Source: Octopus vulgaris (lineage: Eukaryota). Taken from it: a stretch of 64,000 nt of DNA. The position numbers and the translations under genes were made by a program. Under the pieces are notes generated by a model. It was given only the letters and a program-made list of their open reading frames with translations, was not told the origin of the DNA and did no database searches. Of the stretch, positions 13,865 through 28,041 are shown piece after piece. The stretch's first letter is position 1. Each line of letters begins with the position of its first letter. Location of the stretch: contig OX597821.1 in assembly GCA_951406725.2 (NCBI GenBank), forward strand, positions 9,672,001-9,736,000, given 5' to 3'.

Positions 13865-14546
13865 GCAGATAGCTATACACATACACACACATATAAATAT
13901 CTGATATGCGTATAAAAATCAACATTCGGGCGCATATCACTGTATGTACGTGTCGAATAATTAAGGTTCCTCTTATGTAATATTATGTATACGGTCACCT
14001 GTACACGCACTGATTTAAAAATATAATAATACAAAAGTTACATTCAGATTGCGTCGGCATTAATATGTAAATTTATATATATCAAAGCATGTTTCACAAG
14101 AACATCTTATTAAGTGTCTTATAATTTATATGAGAATAATCTTTTAATCAATAAATTACGCTTCTAAATTCTGCTTCTGGTAAAGTGTAAGATGGAACTG
14201 CTTTCCCTAATTCATCAACTACAAAATTTGCTGCCTTATTTACGGAGAGTAACATTCCTAATAATAAACCAGCATGCCCAGTCATTCAAATCGTCTTTTA
14301 ACTGCCAGATCATAATTACTACAGAAGTATCATGCTCTACTTTTGCAATTAAAGGTAGAGAAGTGTTCATTAAGATTCGATTAAGAATTTGAATCTGCAT
14401 CACGTATACAGCAATGCGTTTATCCGTTGCTTTCTACTTAGCATTTTAACAACCTTGAAGAGTGTATATTATCCCAATGGTATTGATTGTTTGACGGGCA
14501 ATTCGATTTCTTTCTAAAATTACAAAACCTAGTCATGTAACGTCAG

Positions 14547-14608
<62 letters not shown>

Positions 14609-15155
14609 GAGTGAGAGAGCAGTTCATGCCATCAAAGTGACACTGGGGTAAAATATACGAAGCCCAATATACCCATCATGACTACCCGTCTGATAAGGGT
14701 ACACCAGGCACATGCATCACAACCATATGTGCGCGACATGGTGATCTCATATCAAGATAAACAGCACATGACCTTGCAGGTGGGGCCCAGTTACAATTTT
14801 CTTCGGGTTGAGTAGCCCATCCCACTCAAAAGGTCCCTGCATAAGGGTTGTTTAAGGATGTTGAAAGAAACACCCATGTTTCCAGAGGTGAATTATTCAA
14901 ACCCCAAATAATCCCTCTCAACACATGGCTATGATGCTCCCCCACTACTTCTGCTCGTGATCAGAGATGCACATATCGTCAGCCACTAAGGGACATGCTC
15001 AACTGGTTAAGGTCAAACAACTGACAAGCAAATCTGGTATTGAGCAGAATATTTGCTGTAGCCCATCTTTTATACCAAGACAAAACAATGTACATAATAT
15101 CACTTCCAATCAGTTAAGATCAGAAGCCATGAGGACCACTGCCTGGTACTGCATC
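14609..15155. mobile_element. Unclassified 547-bp insertion inside a (TTA)n microsatellite
   Basis: Higher-GC, non-coding block with sharp boundaries and (TTA)n in the same orientation on both sides (14548-14608, 15156-15234). Confidence 0.55.
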
Positions 15156-15178
15156 TATTATTATTATTATTATTATTA

Positions 15179-15221
<43 letters not shown>

Positions 15222-15234
15222 CATCGTTATTATT

Positions 15235-15748
15235 GTGGAGATGCAATGGACCAGTGGTTAGGGCAGCGGACTCGCGTTCGGAGGATCGGGGTTTCGATTC
15301 CCAGACCGGGCATTGTGAGTGTTTATTGCGCGAAAAACCCTAAAGCTCCACGAGGCCCCGGCAGGGAGTGGTGGTGCAGTCTGCTGTACTCTTTCACCAC
15401 AAATTTCTCTCACGCTTTCTTCTTGTTTCTGTTGTACCTATATTTCAAAGAGACAGCCTTGTCACACTCCGTGTCACGCTGAATCTCCCTGGGAAATACA
15501 GTAAGGGTGTACCTGTCTGTGGAGTGCTCAACCACTTGCACGTTAATAAACAAGCTGCGATTTTACTGGTGCCAAGCTGTATCGGCCTTAGCTTTTCCCT
15601 TGGATAGGATCGGTGGCGTGGAGAGGGGTGGTTGGTATGTATGGGCGACTGCTAGTCTTCCGCAAACAAGCTTGCTCAGACTTGTGCCTCCGAGAATAAC
15701 TTTCTAGGTACCATCCCATAGTTATTCATGACCGAAGGGGGTCACACT
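15235..15748 (+). mobile_element. tRNA-derived SINE, family A, with alternative longer 3' tail
   Basis: First ~320 bp align with the 6770 and 51229 copies, then diverge after caagctg into a different ~190-bp tail. Confidence 0.8.
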
Positions 15749-15793
15749 CACAAATTATTATAATTATAATTCTTCTTCTTCTTCTTCTTCTTC

Positions 15794-15869
<76 letters not shown>

Positions 15870-16005
15870 TGTTGTTGTTATTATTATAACGCAATAAGAA
15901 GAGCGCAATGCGATTTGAATAGATTATTATCTAATGGTTGGAACAATACATCAACTGGTCGTCTGTCTGATTCAGGTTGAAAATGTAAAATTAAATAAGT
16001 AAATA

Positions 16006-16406
16006 TCTTTATATATAAAAGTAAGGTTGTGTGCTGTCTGTCTCCTACGATTTAGATTCCTAACTACTCCAACATTTTGCGGTGCAGTTTAACCAAAATC
16101 AGGTATCTTATAGTCGTGATTCATATCGAGCCCTTCTGGGTATTAGCACGCCTCTACGATGAGTTTACGATTTTAAAAAAAAATTACCATCATTTTTGTC
16201 CATTTTAATGCATTTGTTTCGCTATTATATAAGGGAAGTAACTCTCTAAAAATGTCTATGATGAGTCAACGATTTAAAAAAAAAATTACCATAATTTTTT
16301 TCCATTTTTAATGCATTTTTTGCTATTTTTTTGGCTATAACTCTCTAAAAATGCTTATATAGTTATTTCCCTTACAAACCCGAGCAACGCCGGGCGATAC
16401 TGCTAG
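16006..16406 (+). mobile_element. Non-autonomous Helitron-like element
   Basis: 5' TC after host A, 3' CTAG before host T, subterminal hairpin cccgagcaacgccggg (16379-16394), no TSD; internal ~63-bp duplication (16153-16215 vs 16255-16318). Confidence 0.8.
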
Positions 16407-16945
16407 TATAAATATAAAATGCACACAGATAGTCATAATATAAATGAAGAAATCGATACGATAATCCCATTAAGCAAAGTAGTTTCTTTATGGGATTATT
16501 AACCTGCGACGGAACAGTTACTTTACCCCATCTGATGTAATCATATATAATACTGGTCCTTACATTTAAATTTCGGTTACCTACAAATCAACTACAAATG
16601 TACCACATACGCGTTAGGATAAATTAAACCGGATCCGGTGTATCCTCCTTTTCTGGCTTTATTGTGTGATAGATTTTAGATAATTTTTGCTTTACGCTTT
16701 ACATCACAATAATCTGAATAACACGTAGTACGCTAATACCACTACCCATTTTTCCTTACCCACTTTATAATATTTCGTTTTTTTTTTGTTTTTCGTATAC
16801 GTACCTTTATATAGACGTATGTATGTTCATAAACTATAACGTATTTCTATTAGTATCATACTTATCTTGTAACTGACTCTGAAAAATCTCTACTAATATT
16901 AACAATACTAATACTAATAATAATAATAGTAATAATAATAACAAT

Positions 16946-16992
<47 letters not shown>

Positions 16993-18035
16993 GTACAAAC
17001 AGAGATATACATATTCATATATGTACAAATATATAAATATATATATAAATAAATATATGTATAATGCATATGTGCGTATATATATATATATGACTGTTTT
17101 TGTGTGTGAGTGCGTTCCTATGTAGGTATGTATGTATGTATATGGTCTTGTGCGTGCCTATAATGTATTTGCAGCTGTGTATACTTTTATTATCATCTAC
17201 ATATGCATGTACTTTTGTCATCTTTTGGCTTCTGAGCACCTATACTCAAATACTTTGAAGCCGGATTTTCATATATAACCTGTCCAAATATAAGGGACCG
17301 TAATAAATTAGCCATTGTTTGTACGTATCTGAAAATGGTAGAGAAAATGGAATATATTTTACGCAGTCTTTTTTTCGTTAACTTCTTTCCACGATTGGAA
17401 CTGTTTCCCGATCTATACATGGGCATTTCAAACTATTCGATGAGTTTACTTTGAAATTGTATGAAAGCATTTGCTATATTGATCGCAATACTTTTTCCTT
17501 TATCGCTTTGAACGTTCGCTATTTTCAATAATGTATCTGTATATTTGTTCAATTAAACTCTATTATGACTGCAAGAGCACCAGAAAGTGCTTGTCGAAAT
17601 TGTACTAGAAAATTTATATGAAATATATAAATATAACATCATCAAATAAAATATAAAAAAATATCTAAGATAAATTCATTAGTTTCTATTCAACAATCTA
17701 CTGTTACAGAGTTAGGATGCAAACTGTGTGTATCACGTCTTTGTATAAATATTTATTTTATGTTTATGCTTTACCACGGAAAGAATTTCTAAACGAATAA
17801 GGCAGTGAAGACGCTGGGATATGAATAAATCTTCTTTATTTACAGCTATTAGTAACAGGAGAGTAAGTATAACTGAACAGATGGATATAAACAAAACACT
17901 GAAAATTGTCCATGTGTGTAAGTGTCCGAGCGCCATTATATATGTGTATATGCATAAAACATGTGCATATGTGTGTGTATGTGTATATTTGTAGATGTAT
18001 ATGTATGTATGTAAGTGTATATATATACAATACAT

Positions 18036-18082
<47 letters not shown>

Positions 18083-18305
18083 TCAATATTAGGTATACAA
18101 TAAGTATCACATGAATATTATAATACTTAATTCATTAAATCTATTAGCACATTACATTACATAGTCTCACCTTTTTCAGTGTCATTAATCATAATAGTAC
18201 ATTTACCAAAACTATTATACTTTTATCGTATCTTTTTTATTTTTCATAAAAATAAACGAGTATTGTACGTGTTTTCTTTCATAACAATACACTTAATTTT
18301 GCAAC

Positions 18306-18340
<35 letters not shown>

Positions 18341-18618
18341 AATAAATGAGGTATGTCAATTACTGAGATGAATCGTTTAGTAGAGAATCATGTGTGTGTG
18401 CGGATGTGTGTTTGTGTGTGTTTTTTCTTAATTTTGCATGAATGTATATGTGTACGTATATGTATATACACATATATATGTGCGTATGTCTATGTGAGCA
18501 TATATATTTATTTATTTATTTATATATATATACTTAATATATATACATATATACATATATATATATATATGCATACATATATATGTGCATATATATACAT
18601 ATATATATGTGCATACAT

Positions 18619-18664
<46 letters not shown>

Positions 18665-19756
18665 TGATACACACGGTGTTTCCCCCTAATTGATTCACGA
18701 TATGTATAGACACACGACTGCATGAAGTAGCACATTTGAGAAACATATGTGTATGTGCGTATGTGTGAGCATTTTTGTGTGTGCGGGTGTATGTATGTCC
18801 GTGTGTGTACACGTACAACTAAATTATGCAGTGTGGTTTAAAATTGCTGTAGTTGTAAATACACATATATATTGGAAAATGTTAGACCAAATTAATTACG
18901 GGAGCTGTTGCTGATATCAAATTCACATTTTAGACATTATCGATATCATCTTTGCCTTTTATTCTTCGTTGTGAACAATATATAATAGTCACTCACGTAG
19001 CGTTGCCGCTATCATCAAATACCACCGTTCATTCAGAAGAGCCTTATATTTAACTGAGAACTGTTTTTATAAAAAGTAACTGATGCGTTTCCAGATGAAC
19101 GAAATTTGTACAAATACATGTGATCCAGTAAATAAAAAAGACAACTACATGAGTCGTGACTCATTTCAATCAGTGTTTAAAAAAAAAGGCCACTTGCACA
19201 AGAATATTTCAATATATGTATCATTACATAAATATCCCATGCGGCTGTTCCGTTCTTGATGTAAAATATATGGCTTATGCATTCAGTTAATATATTCTAA
19301 TTTATTACCAGTTTGTGCAAATATCTATTAACGAAACAGCATATATGTATGTGTTTATGCCTACATATCATTAGGTTCACACACACACACACGCACACGT
19401 ATATACACGGGTGGATGGACAAAGGAAAGAGAGCGCACTCAAAACATTTTTATAGGAGTTATATATATTACTTTTTTTAAAATCCATTACTAAACCAGAA
19501 GACAACTTCAGCATTAAATACCTTCAGTATCTTCAGAGATAAAATTTAGAGCTTCGTTGCTGACTTATGGAACATCTTAAAGAAGGTAAGTTTTCGTCAT
19601 CATTTTAATCTCTTTTTCAAATCTTTAAATGACTATATGACAAGAATTATATAATCGTGTAATGTATATATTATTGCAGAAAAAACGAGAAATATTTATG
19701 AAAGAATTTCCTCACATGCAACACTTTTCACAAACATGATCAGGAAGATATAAGAA

Positions 19757-19830
<74 letters not shown>

Positions 19831-19845
19831 TGATGATGATGATGA

Positions 19846-21308
19846 TATCGCAGAGTAAGAGCGATACTCAAGACAGAGATGAATGCGAGAAACAGGATCG
19901 AAGCGATCAATGCTTTAGCCATACCAGTCGTGACTTACAGTTTCAATATCGTTATGTGGTCAATTATTGAAATATGTAATCTTGACAGAAAAATACGAAA
20001 ACTGTTGACAATGCATAGAATGCACCACCCTAAGGCAGATATAGAACGACTTTTACAAATGGCAATAACAATGAAGATTGCTACAATTGGCATTAAAAGA
20101 CGGAGGCTGCAGATAATACAACTTAAATTAACAATAAGATTGTCACCTTTGGCCTACACACTTACCTGAAAAACTCTGAGGACTGGATGTTAAAACTTGT
20201 CTCAAAACATGAAAACAAGAAAGCATCATACTCAGTAACAAAACAGGCAAAGGAATATCTAAGTAAATTCCGAATTCAACAAGAAACAAGCACAAAAAAG
20301 CTAAGCGCATGAAAACCCATGCTAAAACTGCTGCCTTAGATATTCTGAATGATAAATGGCAAGAAAAACCTCTCTATGGCAAATACCCAAAGCGAGCGAA
20401 TAATGCAGATGTTGACAAAGCCCTGACCCATCAATGGCTAATGGCCTCTGGCTTAAAATCTGAAACAGAAGGATTTATCATAGCAGCTCAAAACCAATGC
20501 CTACCAACAAGAAACTACCAGGCCAACATATTAAAGAACAGCAGTAGCCTAACATGCCGTGTATGTCAACAACAAAATGAGACCATTGATCATATTGTTT
20601 CCAAGTGCAGTCTTCTAGCGACTACATAGTATCTCAACAGGCATGATAGAGCTGCACAATATATTCACTGGGTAATTTGCAAAAACCTGGATTTGCCCCA
20701 TGAAAAAGACTGGTGGGAACACAAACCACCCCAGTGCTTGAAAATGATTACATCTCACTCCTCTGGAACTTCATTCAAACTGACAGAAAGATAGATGCAA
20801 ATAGGTCAGACATCATATTGAAAGACTTCAGACAAAGAATACGCCTCCTCATTGATGTGACTGTCCCAATCGATATAAACGTATCTGTCAAGACATACCA
20901 AAAAACTGAGCAAATATAAAAATCTTGAAATAGAAATCAGCAAAATGTGGAACCTGAAGACTAAAATAATACCTGTTGTCATAGGAGACCTGGGAATGAT
21001 AGCAAAAGGGGCTGATTGCTACCTAACTCAGGTACCAGGAAACCCCAAAATGGCAGAAATTCAAAAGATAGTGCTCATCGGAACTGCTCACATCCTACGC
21101 AAAATGCTTTCTATGTAATCTCAAGTTTTAATACAAACATAATTTTCGTATGGTTTTTTAGACATTCACTAGAATAACACTAAGTACAAAATCACATATA
21201 TGGCACCTTAGGCATAACAACAACAAGAACTTCCAACCTGTTGTCTCTTGAGGTCTCTTCTGGGTGTGACTTGGAGCCAACTTGTACAAATTTAAAGCAA
21301 AAGTCATA

Positions 21309-21310
<2 letters not shown>
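19846..21310 (+). mobile_element. 5'-truncated R4/Dong-clade non-LTR retrotransposon (second family)
   Basis: NARNRIEAINALAIPVVTYSF..HRMHHPKADIERL; W.EKPLYGKYP..LKSETEGFIIAAQNQ; CCHC knuckle CRVCQQQNETIDHIVSKC; RHD; endonuclease ANRSDII..IDVTVP..KYKNL. (TAA)n on both flanks (19758-19828, 21311-21393). Confidence 0.93.
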
Positions 21311-21394
<84 letters not shown>

Positions 21395-21630
21395 TTTAAA
21401 TATATAATTTAAATAAAAGAACATTCTTTTCTTTGTGGTTAGATCGTAGGCGATCTTCTTCTTGCATATTTCATGTCCACTTAGTGGTCATCCCTTGTTA
21501 TACGCATAAATACATACATATAAAAATATATGTTCACCTGAGCAAGTTTTTAAGTCTTTTATTAACGTATACCGCATAAAAACCATACTAATGTAGAATA
21601 TGAGGGTAGACTATGAAGAATACATATATA

Positions 21631-22503
21631 TGTCCCAGTTTGTATTTTTTTACATATACATTTATATATAGCTGCGCCCGTACCCTTTTTGGTCTTGTAT
21701 GTAAGTACATATTTCTTTAAATTTGGTACGACTCTGTAACACTGTTTCTCTCTCCACCCTCTCCTACAGTTCTCTGCCTTTCACACTTTGCACTCCATTT
21801 TGATCTGTCTCTTTCTCTCTCTCTCTCTCTCTCTCCTCCTCCTTTTCTCTTTTCTTGCCTCTGATTCTTTGGTCTCCTCTTCCCCCACTCTCTCACATTT
21901 CTCTGTCTTTCTCCCTTTGCACCTCACTGATTCTGTCACCAAGCCAATCCTTGGCACGCTCTCTTTTTTCTCCCCTCTTTAATTCTTTCTTTCTCTCTCT
22001 TCTCCCCCCTTCGTGCCTTTGTTCCTCTTTTTCTCTCTCTATTTGATTCCTTTAGCCCCTTTTTTCTCTCTCTTCTCCTCTTACGTGACCGCCGGTCAAC
22101 CAGCTTCTGACCACCGCCACGACAACATCGTTTTCTTCGTTGCCGCAAAGGCATTCTTTTGCAAATACGCCAGCTAAGCTAAGTTGAATTGTCTAAAGTC
22201 GTAAGAAACCCGCTGTCTTTGTCCTGTTATTACTATTATTGTCTTTTGTATTTATATCCGTGTGGCATCGTCCGTTTTCTGTCCTTGTTTCGTATACATT
22301 CGATCCTTTTTCCAAGAAATCTAATGCTTGTAGCTTAGTTTTTCCTTGGGGCTGGCCGGATCGGAGCGATCTCAAGATTAATCAGCCGAAATTGCGAGGA
22401 TGATCCGGTTCTTGACTGAAGATCGAAGGCTTCGAATGTCCCGCCCGTGTTTTTTGTATCGTCTTCTAAATGTTTTGTGTTCTTGTCCCAGTTTGTATTT
22501 TTT

Positions 22504-22511
<8 letters not shown>
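21631..22511 (+). mobile_element. Non-coding element with 28-bp terminal direct repeat, CT-rich body, in TA-rich target
   Basis: tgtcccagtttgtatttttttacatata at 21631-21658 and 22484-22511; followed by (TA)n; HHR-like pieces at 22350-22422. Confidence 0.6.
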
Positions 22512-22570
<59 letters not shown>

Positions 22571-25500
22571 TATATCAAAAAATGGAACGTATAACGCAGA
22601 AATGAGGAAGCTATCAATATTTAGGCATTATGTACTCAAGTGTTGAAATATGAAATAATGTTTTGTTCCAATATAATATCGGTTCCACTGTTCCATACAA
22701 AGCATTACAGAAAAACAAATAGTTTTATCTATTTAATGACAAGCTAAATTTGAAATACGTAAAAGAATTATATCAACAAACTTTGAGTTAGTAATTATCT
22801 GCCAATTGTTGTACTAGGCAGTAGGACCCTTCCTAATTCATACTTAACCAATAGAAGTATCTTGGACTTCTCTTCTACTTTTAGAATATAAAATCTCTTT
22901 ACAAAAGCTGCATTTCCTCGTTTGTTTGGAGATATTTGAAAACAACCAATAGATTTCGAAAGGTGACTCAGATCACTTTTAATTTGATTTACTATATTAT
23001 GTACAGAAAAAACATAAAACTGTTTTAGTCAAAATGGTGAAGGCATTGATTATTACTGACAAGTCAAACAAATCTTGCTTTACAAAACCATTAATATTTG
23101 CTTATATATTTTGGTCTCGAAAGGTGTGCTGTTGGATCGATATTTCTTCACTGAAGCGGAAATGCGGCGTACATTAAGAATAGCATTTATGTAATATGGG
23201 ACATAAATTTCAGTCCATGTATCAAAAACGATTTATATTTAGATACGAAAATAACAGTTTATATGAACCCACTTCAATACTTTAACGTCCTTTAATTATT
23301 GACTAATTACAGCAATCTTATAACGTTTGTAAATTCTGTAAAATATAAATGCTAATGCTTGACTAATGACTTCGTTTCACATATGTAACTTCGTACGTCA
23401 GACTTGAAAATCATTATGAATCATTCCGTTTCAATTTCAGGCTATTTGCATAGCAGATGCTGGAAGCATTTTATCAGACTAAACATTCACGTCTTCTGTA
23501 AGCTCAGGAGGTTTTTGGCATATGGCTCATTCATGTACTTTAACTAAGCAACTAATATTTCCTGAGTGAAATTTTTCACATATTCAAAAATAAAGAAAAT
23601 ATGTAGAAGTAGTGGGGCAGGAAAAGAGCCCTCTAACTTTGAGAAACAATACCGAATATGAAATGGGAGAGTGAGACGCCGTCCTACGTCATGTTCACGA
23701 CTCTCAGACACTAATTTGTCTTTGTATTGATTTAATCATAATTATAACATACAGTGTCGAAAGTATCGATCTGCAACATGTCCGACGCAATTACAGTGAT
23801 ATCTTCAGCAGAATCCTCCCCGTATGGTCCGCGTCATAGTAACCTTGGGATGCTTCCGTGGAACTGGCTCCAGATAGAGCACCTAAAACGGGCGAGTATG
23901 ATGATTTTTTGACTGACCGAACATGCCACGCCAAAATATTCCTATAGACCACAATGACAATTTACTTTGACTATGACAGTGAATCAGACCCTGAAAATGC
24001 GTGTGAAACCGGCCACCGAAAAGTGTACTTCCAATCATTTATGGACGATCCTATCAAAAAATTTGTTTGATCTAAGTTGATCCGTGTCTCAACTATATCA
24101 GGTTGCTTACTCTAGGATCGCGCATCACTGATCAGTCTGTGAACAAGCACCAACCTCTTGACAAAAGCCTAAAATTATCGACATAGGAAGATAAAACTCG
24201 AAGGGCAAAACATCCGGTGATTTCTACATTCTGAAGGTAGGTAATCTTAAAAGAAAATACTTTTTCCATATTTTACGTTACGCAGTTTCCACGCTGCTTT
24301 CATTCAGCGATTTAGAAAGTGGGGCTAAACATGTGCCGTATTAATTTTAATTGAGTGATTAAACTATTCCCTTCTATCAGCATGCATTCTACAGAAGCAT
24401 TAATGTTTATCCGTGCGGTGAACGTTACCTCGGCACAAAACATATACACATGGACCAGAGTGCATATTTACAAACTATACCCGTCTGGTATTCAAATATT
24501 CGATATATATGTGTAGTTATTATGTTGTTTTTTTTGTGTGACTTTATTTGCTTCTCTTACCTCTAGTCATATCCCCGAAGGAATGTGCTACGCACAAGCC
24601 TTTATTCCTTAATCGCTCAGTCAGCCCGAAATAGCATATGCATCAGTAATAATTTACAACTTACTCGTCAATGTTTTAAAAAGAAACAGCAAATTATTTT
24701 TTTAATTACTTAACAATGCTAAATTTGATATAAAATACCCACAAAGCATTTCTCGTTGTTCAAGGGAATAATACTCTTGTGAATCCTCAACATACATTAT
24801 TTACGTTGCGTACAGATTCCAATAGGGAAATATCTATAATGTTCATGGTAATATATGAACTGATAGTTTTAGAAATTCGCTATTTGAGTCAAATATTTCT
24901 TAAATACTGCTTATCAATGGACGTATAGCTAATATTCTATAACATATTATATCCGTCTTCACGTGCAAAGATACGTGCTATTTCATTTGCAATTTTGGAC
25001 ATCCTATACATTTAATAAAGAGTGGACATTTTCTTTCAAAGGGTTTAATGAAGTTAATGTTTCATAGAGGCACTACACTTTTCCTTTACGAAAGAACTGG
25101 TCCAGATGTATATGAAATCTAACGCCAGAAAGGCCGCTAACTAAACATTTACAGAAGGTAGTAACGTGAGATTTGCCATAGTGAGGATTTAGAAAAAGGT
25201 TTGCGATTTAGTGTTTCAAAAGTATATTCCTTTGAAAGGACATGGCAAGCAAACATACCCGATGTTACACCCTTAGTCTCTAAGAAGATACTGCATTACA
25301 ATTGTTTGCAGGCGAAAAAGAATTTAAAGAAATTGAGATAATTATTTTTCTCAAACTTATGAAAACAACTTGATAAGAGCGCAAATAATTGTAATCACTA
25401 AATGTCAACTATCAGTCGATCAATTTGAAATAAACGTGAGCGACTATTGAAAAGCTATTATTAGAATGAACGATTAATCATTGAAATGCATTTGCATAAT

Positions 25501-25817
25501 AAAAGGTGAAGTAGTTTATTATGACAAAAATGTAATGGATTAAACAACTTTGCAAATTTATTCCTTTTCATTTCTAGTACTCAGAGTTTCAATGAAGCTG
25601 AAATCTTCTTAAAAACTTGTCACATCCGTTTTAATTATATGCCTAATCATCCAAATAACTATTAGGAAAATTGATGGATTATTCATTGATATCGTTTATT
25701 AAGTCGTAAACGTTTGTTATTGAGGTTACTGACAGGTTCTATAAACTACATGGCGAGTGAAGTTAATGAATGCATTTCTTAGGAAACGTTATTGCATTTC
25801 CTATACGCCTTCCAAAA

Positions 25818-25860
25818 GTTACAGTAAACAAATAGGCAAAGCAAATAATAACACCAACGC

Positions 25861-25909
<49 letters not shown>

Positions 25910-25948
25910 TAATGATAATAATGATAATAATTATTATTATCATTATTA

Positions 25949-26011
<63 letters not shown>

Positions 26012-26054
26012 GCATTGGTGTTATTATTTGCTTTGCCTATTTGTTTACTGTAAC
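25818..26054. repeat. 237-bp near-perfect palindrome centred on an (AAT)n/(TTA)n switch
   Basis: 44-bp unique arms 25818-25861 and 26011-26054 (1 mismatch) enclosing mutually complementary triplet tracts. Confidence 0.9.
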
Positions 26055-26061
26055 AATGATG

Positions 26062-26161
<100 letters not shown>

Positions 26162-26162
26162 C

Positions 26163-26229
<67 letters not shown>

Positions 26230-27222
26230 GCAATAATAATAACAATAATAATAATAGTAATAATAATAATGATAATAATCCTGTTGGTCTCCTCTGATTG
26301 CCATTCCTGTCTTCACGGATCAGAAACACCCTCTTCCTAGGCAGTTCTGTGAATGCACTGGCGTTTGGAATATATTCGAGGTTGTTAGCCCTATGAAGTT
26401 GTAGTTTGTCCTTTTTATTACATGGCCAAAATATTTTTGTCATTCCTTTATTATCACCTTTCAGATGTAAGATATCATGTGCAAAGACATGTTTTAGTTA
26501 ACAGTTTATATCATTTAATTTTGTTACGAGGAGTCAGGCATTGCTCTGCCTGTAAAGTGTACGCTTCGAAAGTAATAATTTTATGAATCCATCACGCTAT
26601 ACGAAAACTGTCCCTCTGGGCATTTAACAACTATTATTTCTTGCCGGCCGAGTGATCACACAGAACTCGTTCATTGTCTTGAATCCGATATTAATCTACA
26701 TAGAAACATTTGCTGATAGCTCATTGAGCCAAAGTTGAATTGCGATCAATTCTACTTTAGGGACGTTAAAATATATGAAAACAGAATAATTTGGGCGCTT
26801 TTATCGCTTACATACCTAAGAGGTTTGAAGTAGGATAGAACTTTTATTATAATGTAGAAATCTTGTTTTGTATAAAGTTCAGAGACACAATTAAAAATGA
26901 GATTTATATGAGATAAATACGGAAAATTTTGAATTAATTAGCATTTTCAATTTTCATTTTTACGATATATAAACTACGTTGGGTATGTTGGCTTTGATGT
27001 TTAATATAAATGCATGAAACCTGCTTTATGTTTACATTAAGAATATTTCAAATCATTCACATGTGATTGGCGCTACGATACATGTATAATTGAGCAGTTT
27101 TAGACGGGTAAATTCAGCTTTTATGTAGAAAGTAAAGAATGTTTTGGTATTAACTTTATCGTGAACATTTTCTTTATCCGTCAATCATGTCATTTATCAG
27201 TATTAAGTCATTGAGATGTGAG

Positions 27223-27362
27223 AACCGTTAACATGCCGGCAAAATGGTTAGCGGTATTTCTTGCATCTTAGCGTTCTTAGTTAAAATTCTGCCGAGATCA
27301 AATTTGTCTTTCATCGTTTCTGGATCGAGAAAACAAGTACTATTAGAACATTGGGGTCAACA
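27223..27362 (+). mobile_element. SINE family C, degenerate
   Basis: aaattctgccgagatcaaatttgtctttcatcgtttctggatcgagaaaacaagtact similar to the 8037 core. Confidence 0.6.
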
Positions 27363-28004
27363 GTTACTTAACGAGTGTGGGAAAAATGTTAATTAGTGGG
27401 ACCTCGTTGTTGTAGGAGTATGTTTTCATATAATCGCATCATCTCTTTGTGAAATGAATTATGTGAGACAGTTGCGGAGTTTCAAGAAGGAATGCTTAAA
27501 ATTTATTAACTAAATCCCTTGATAATAATGATCGTATCTATAATTTTTGATATATCATATGTACTACAAGTTGCATTACTGATAGATTATTTTTCTATAA
27601 GGTTGATGAAATGTAAATAGATTTGCCAAACATACAGCGTTATTTCATTCTGGGAATACGAAATGAGAACTGAGTTGGTATTACAGCATTGCCAATTCAT
27701 GAACATATAAATAGTGATGGAAAGCTTTTCTGGAGGGAATAGAAATAATTATTCAGAAGCAAAAATATCTCATACTAGTTTAAACATAACATATACCCTG
27801 GATCAATCAGCCAATCTTTCGCATTGTTATTGTTCGGTGCTTCGTCAAAAAAGAAATATATATCTTCAGAAACATAATTTACGTATTCCATTTGTAGCTT
27901 ATAAATAACAGCATCGCGATATATACGCGCACACACACACAAGCTTATTCATGTAAATATGCATGTATGGCTGTGTGCTTGTTCGTTTGTGTGTGTGTGT
28001 GTGT

Positions 28005-28041
<37 letters not shown>

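Noticed and set aside
19550-19585. Coding micro-exon SFVADLWNILKK
   Set aside because: Good donor site but weak acceptor, only 12 aa, and no partner exons found.
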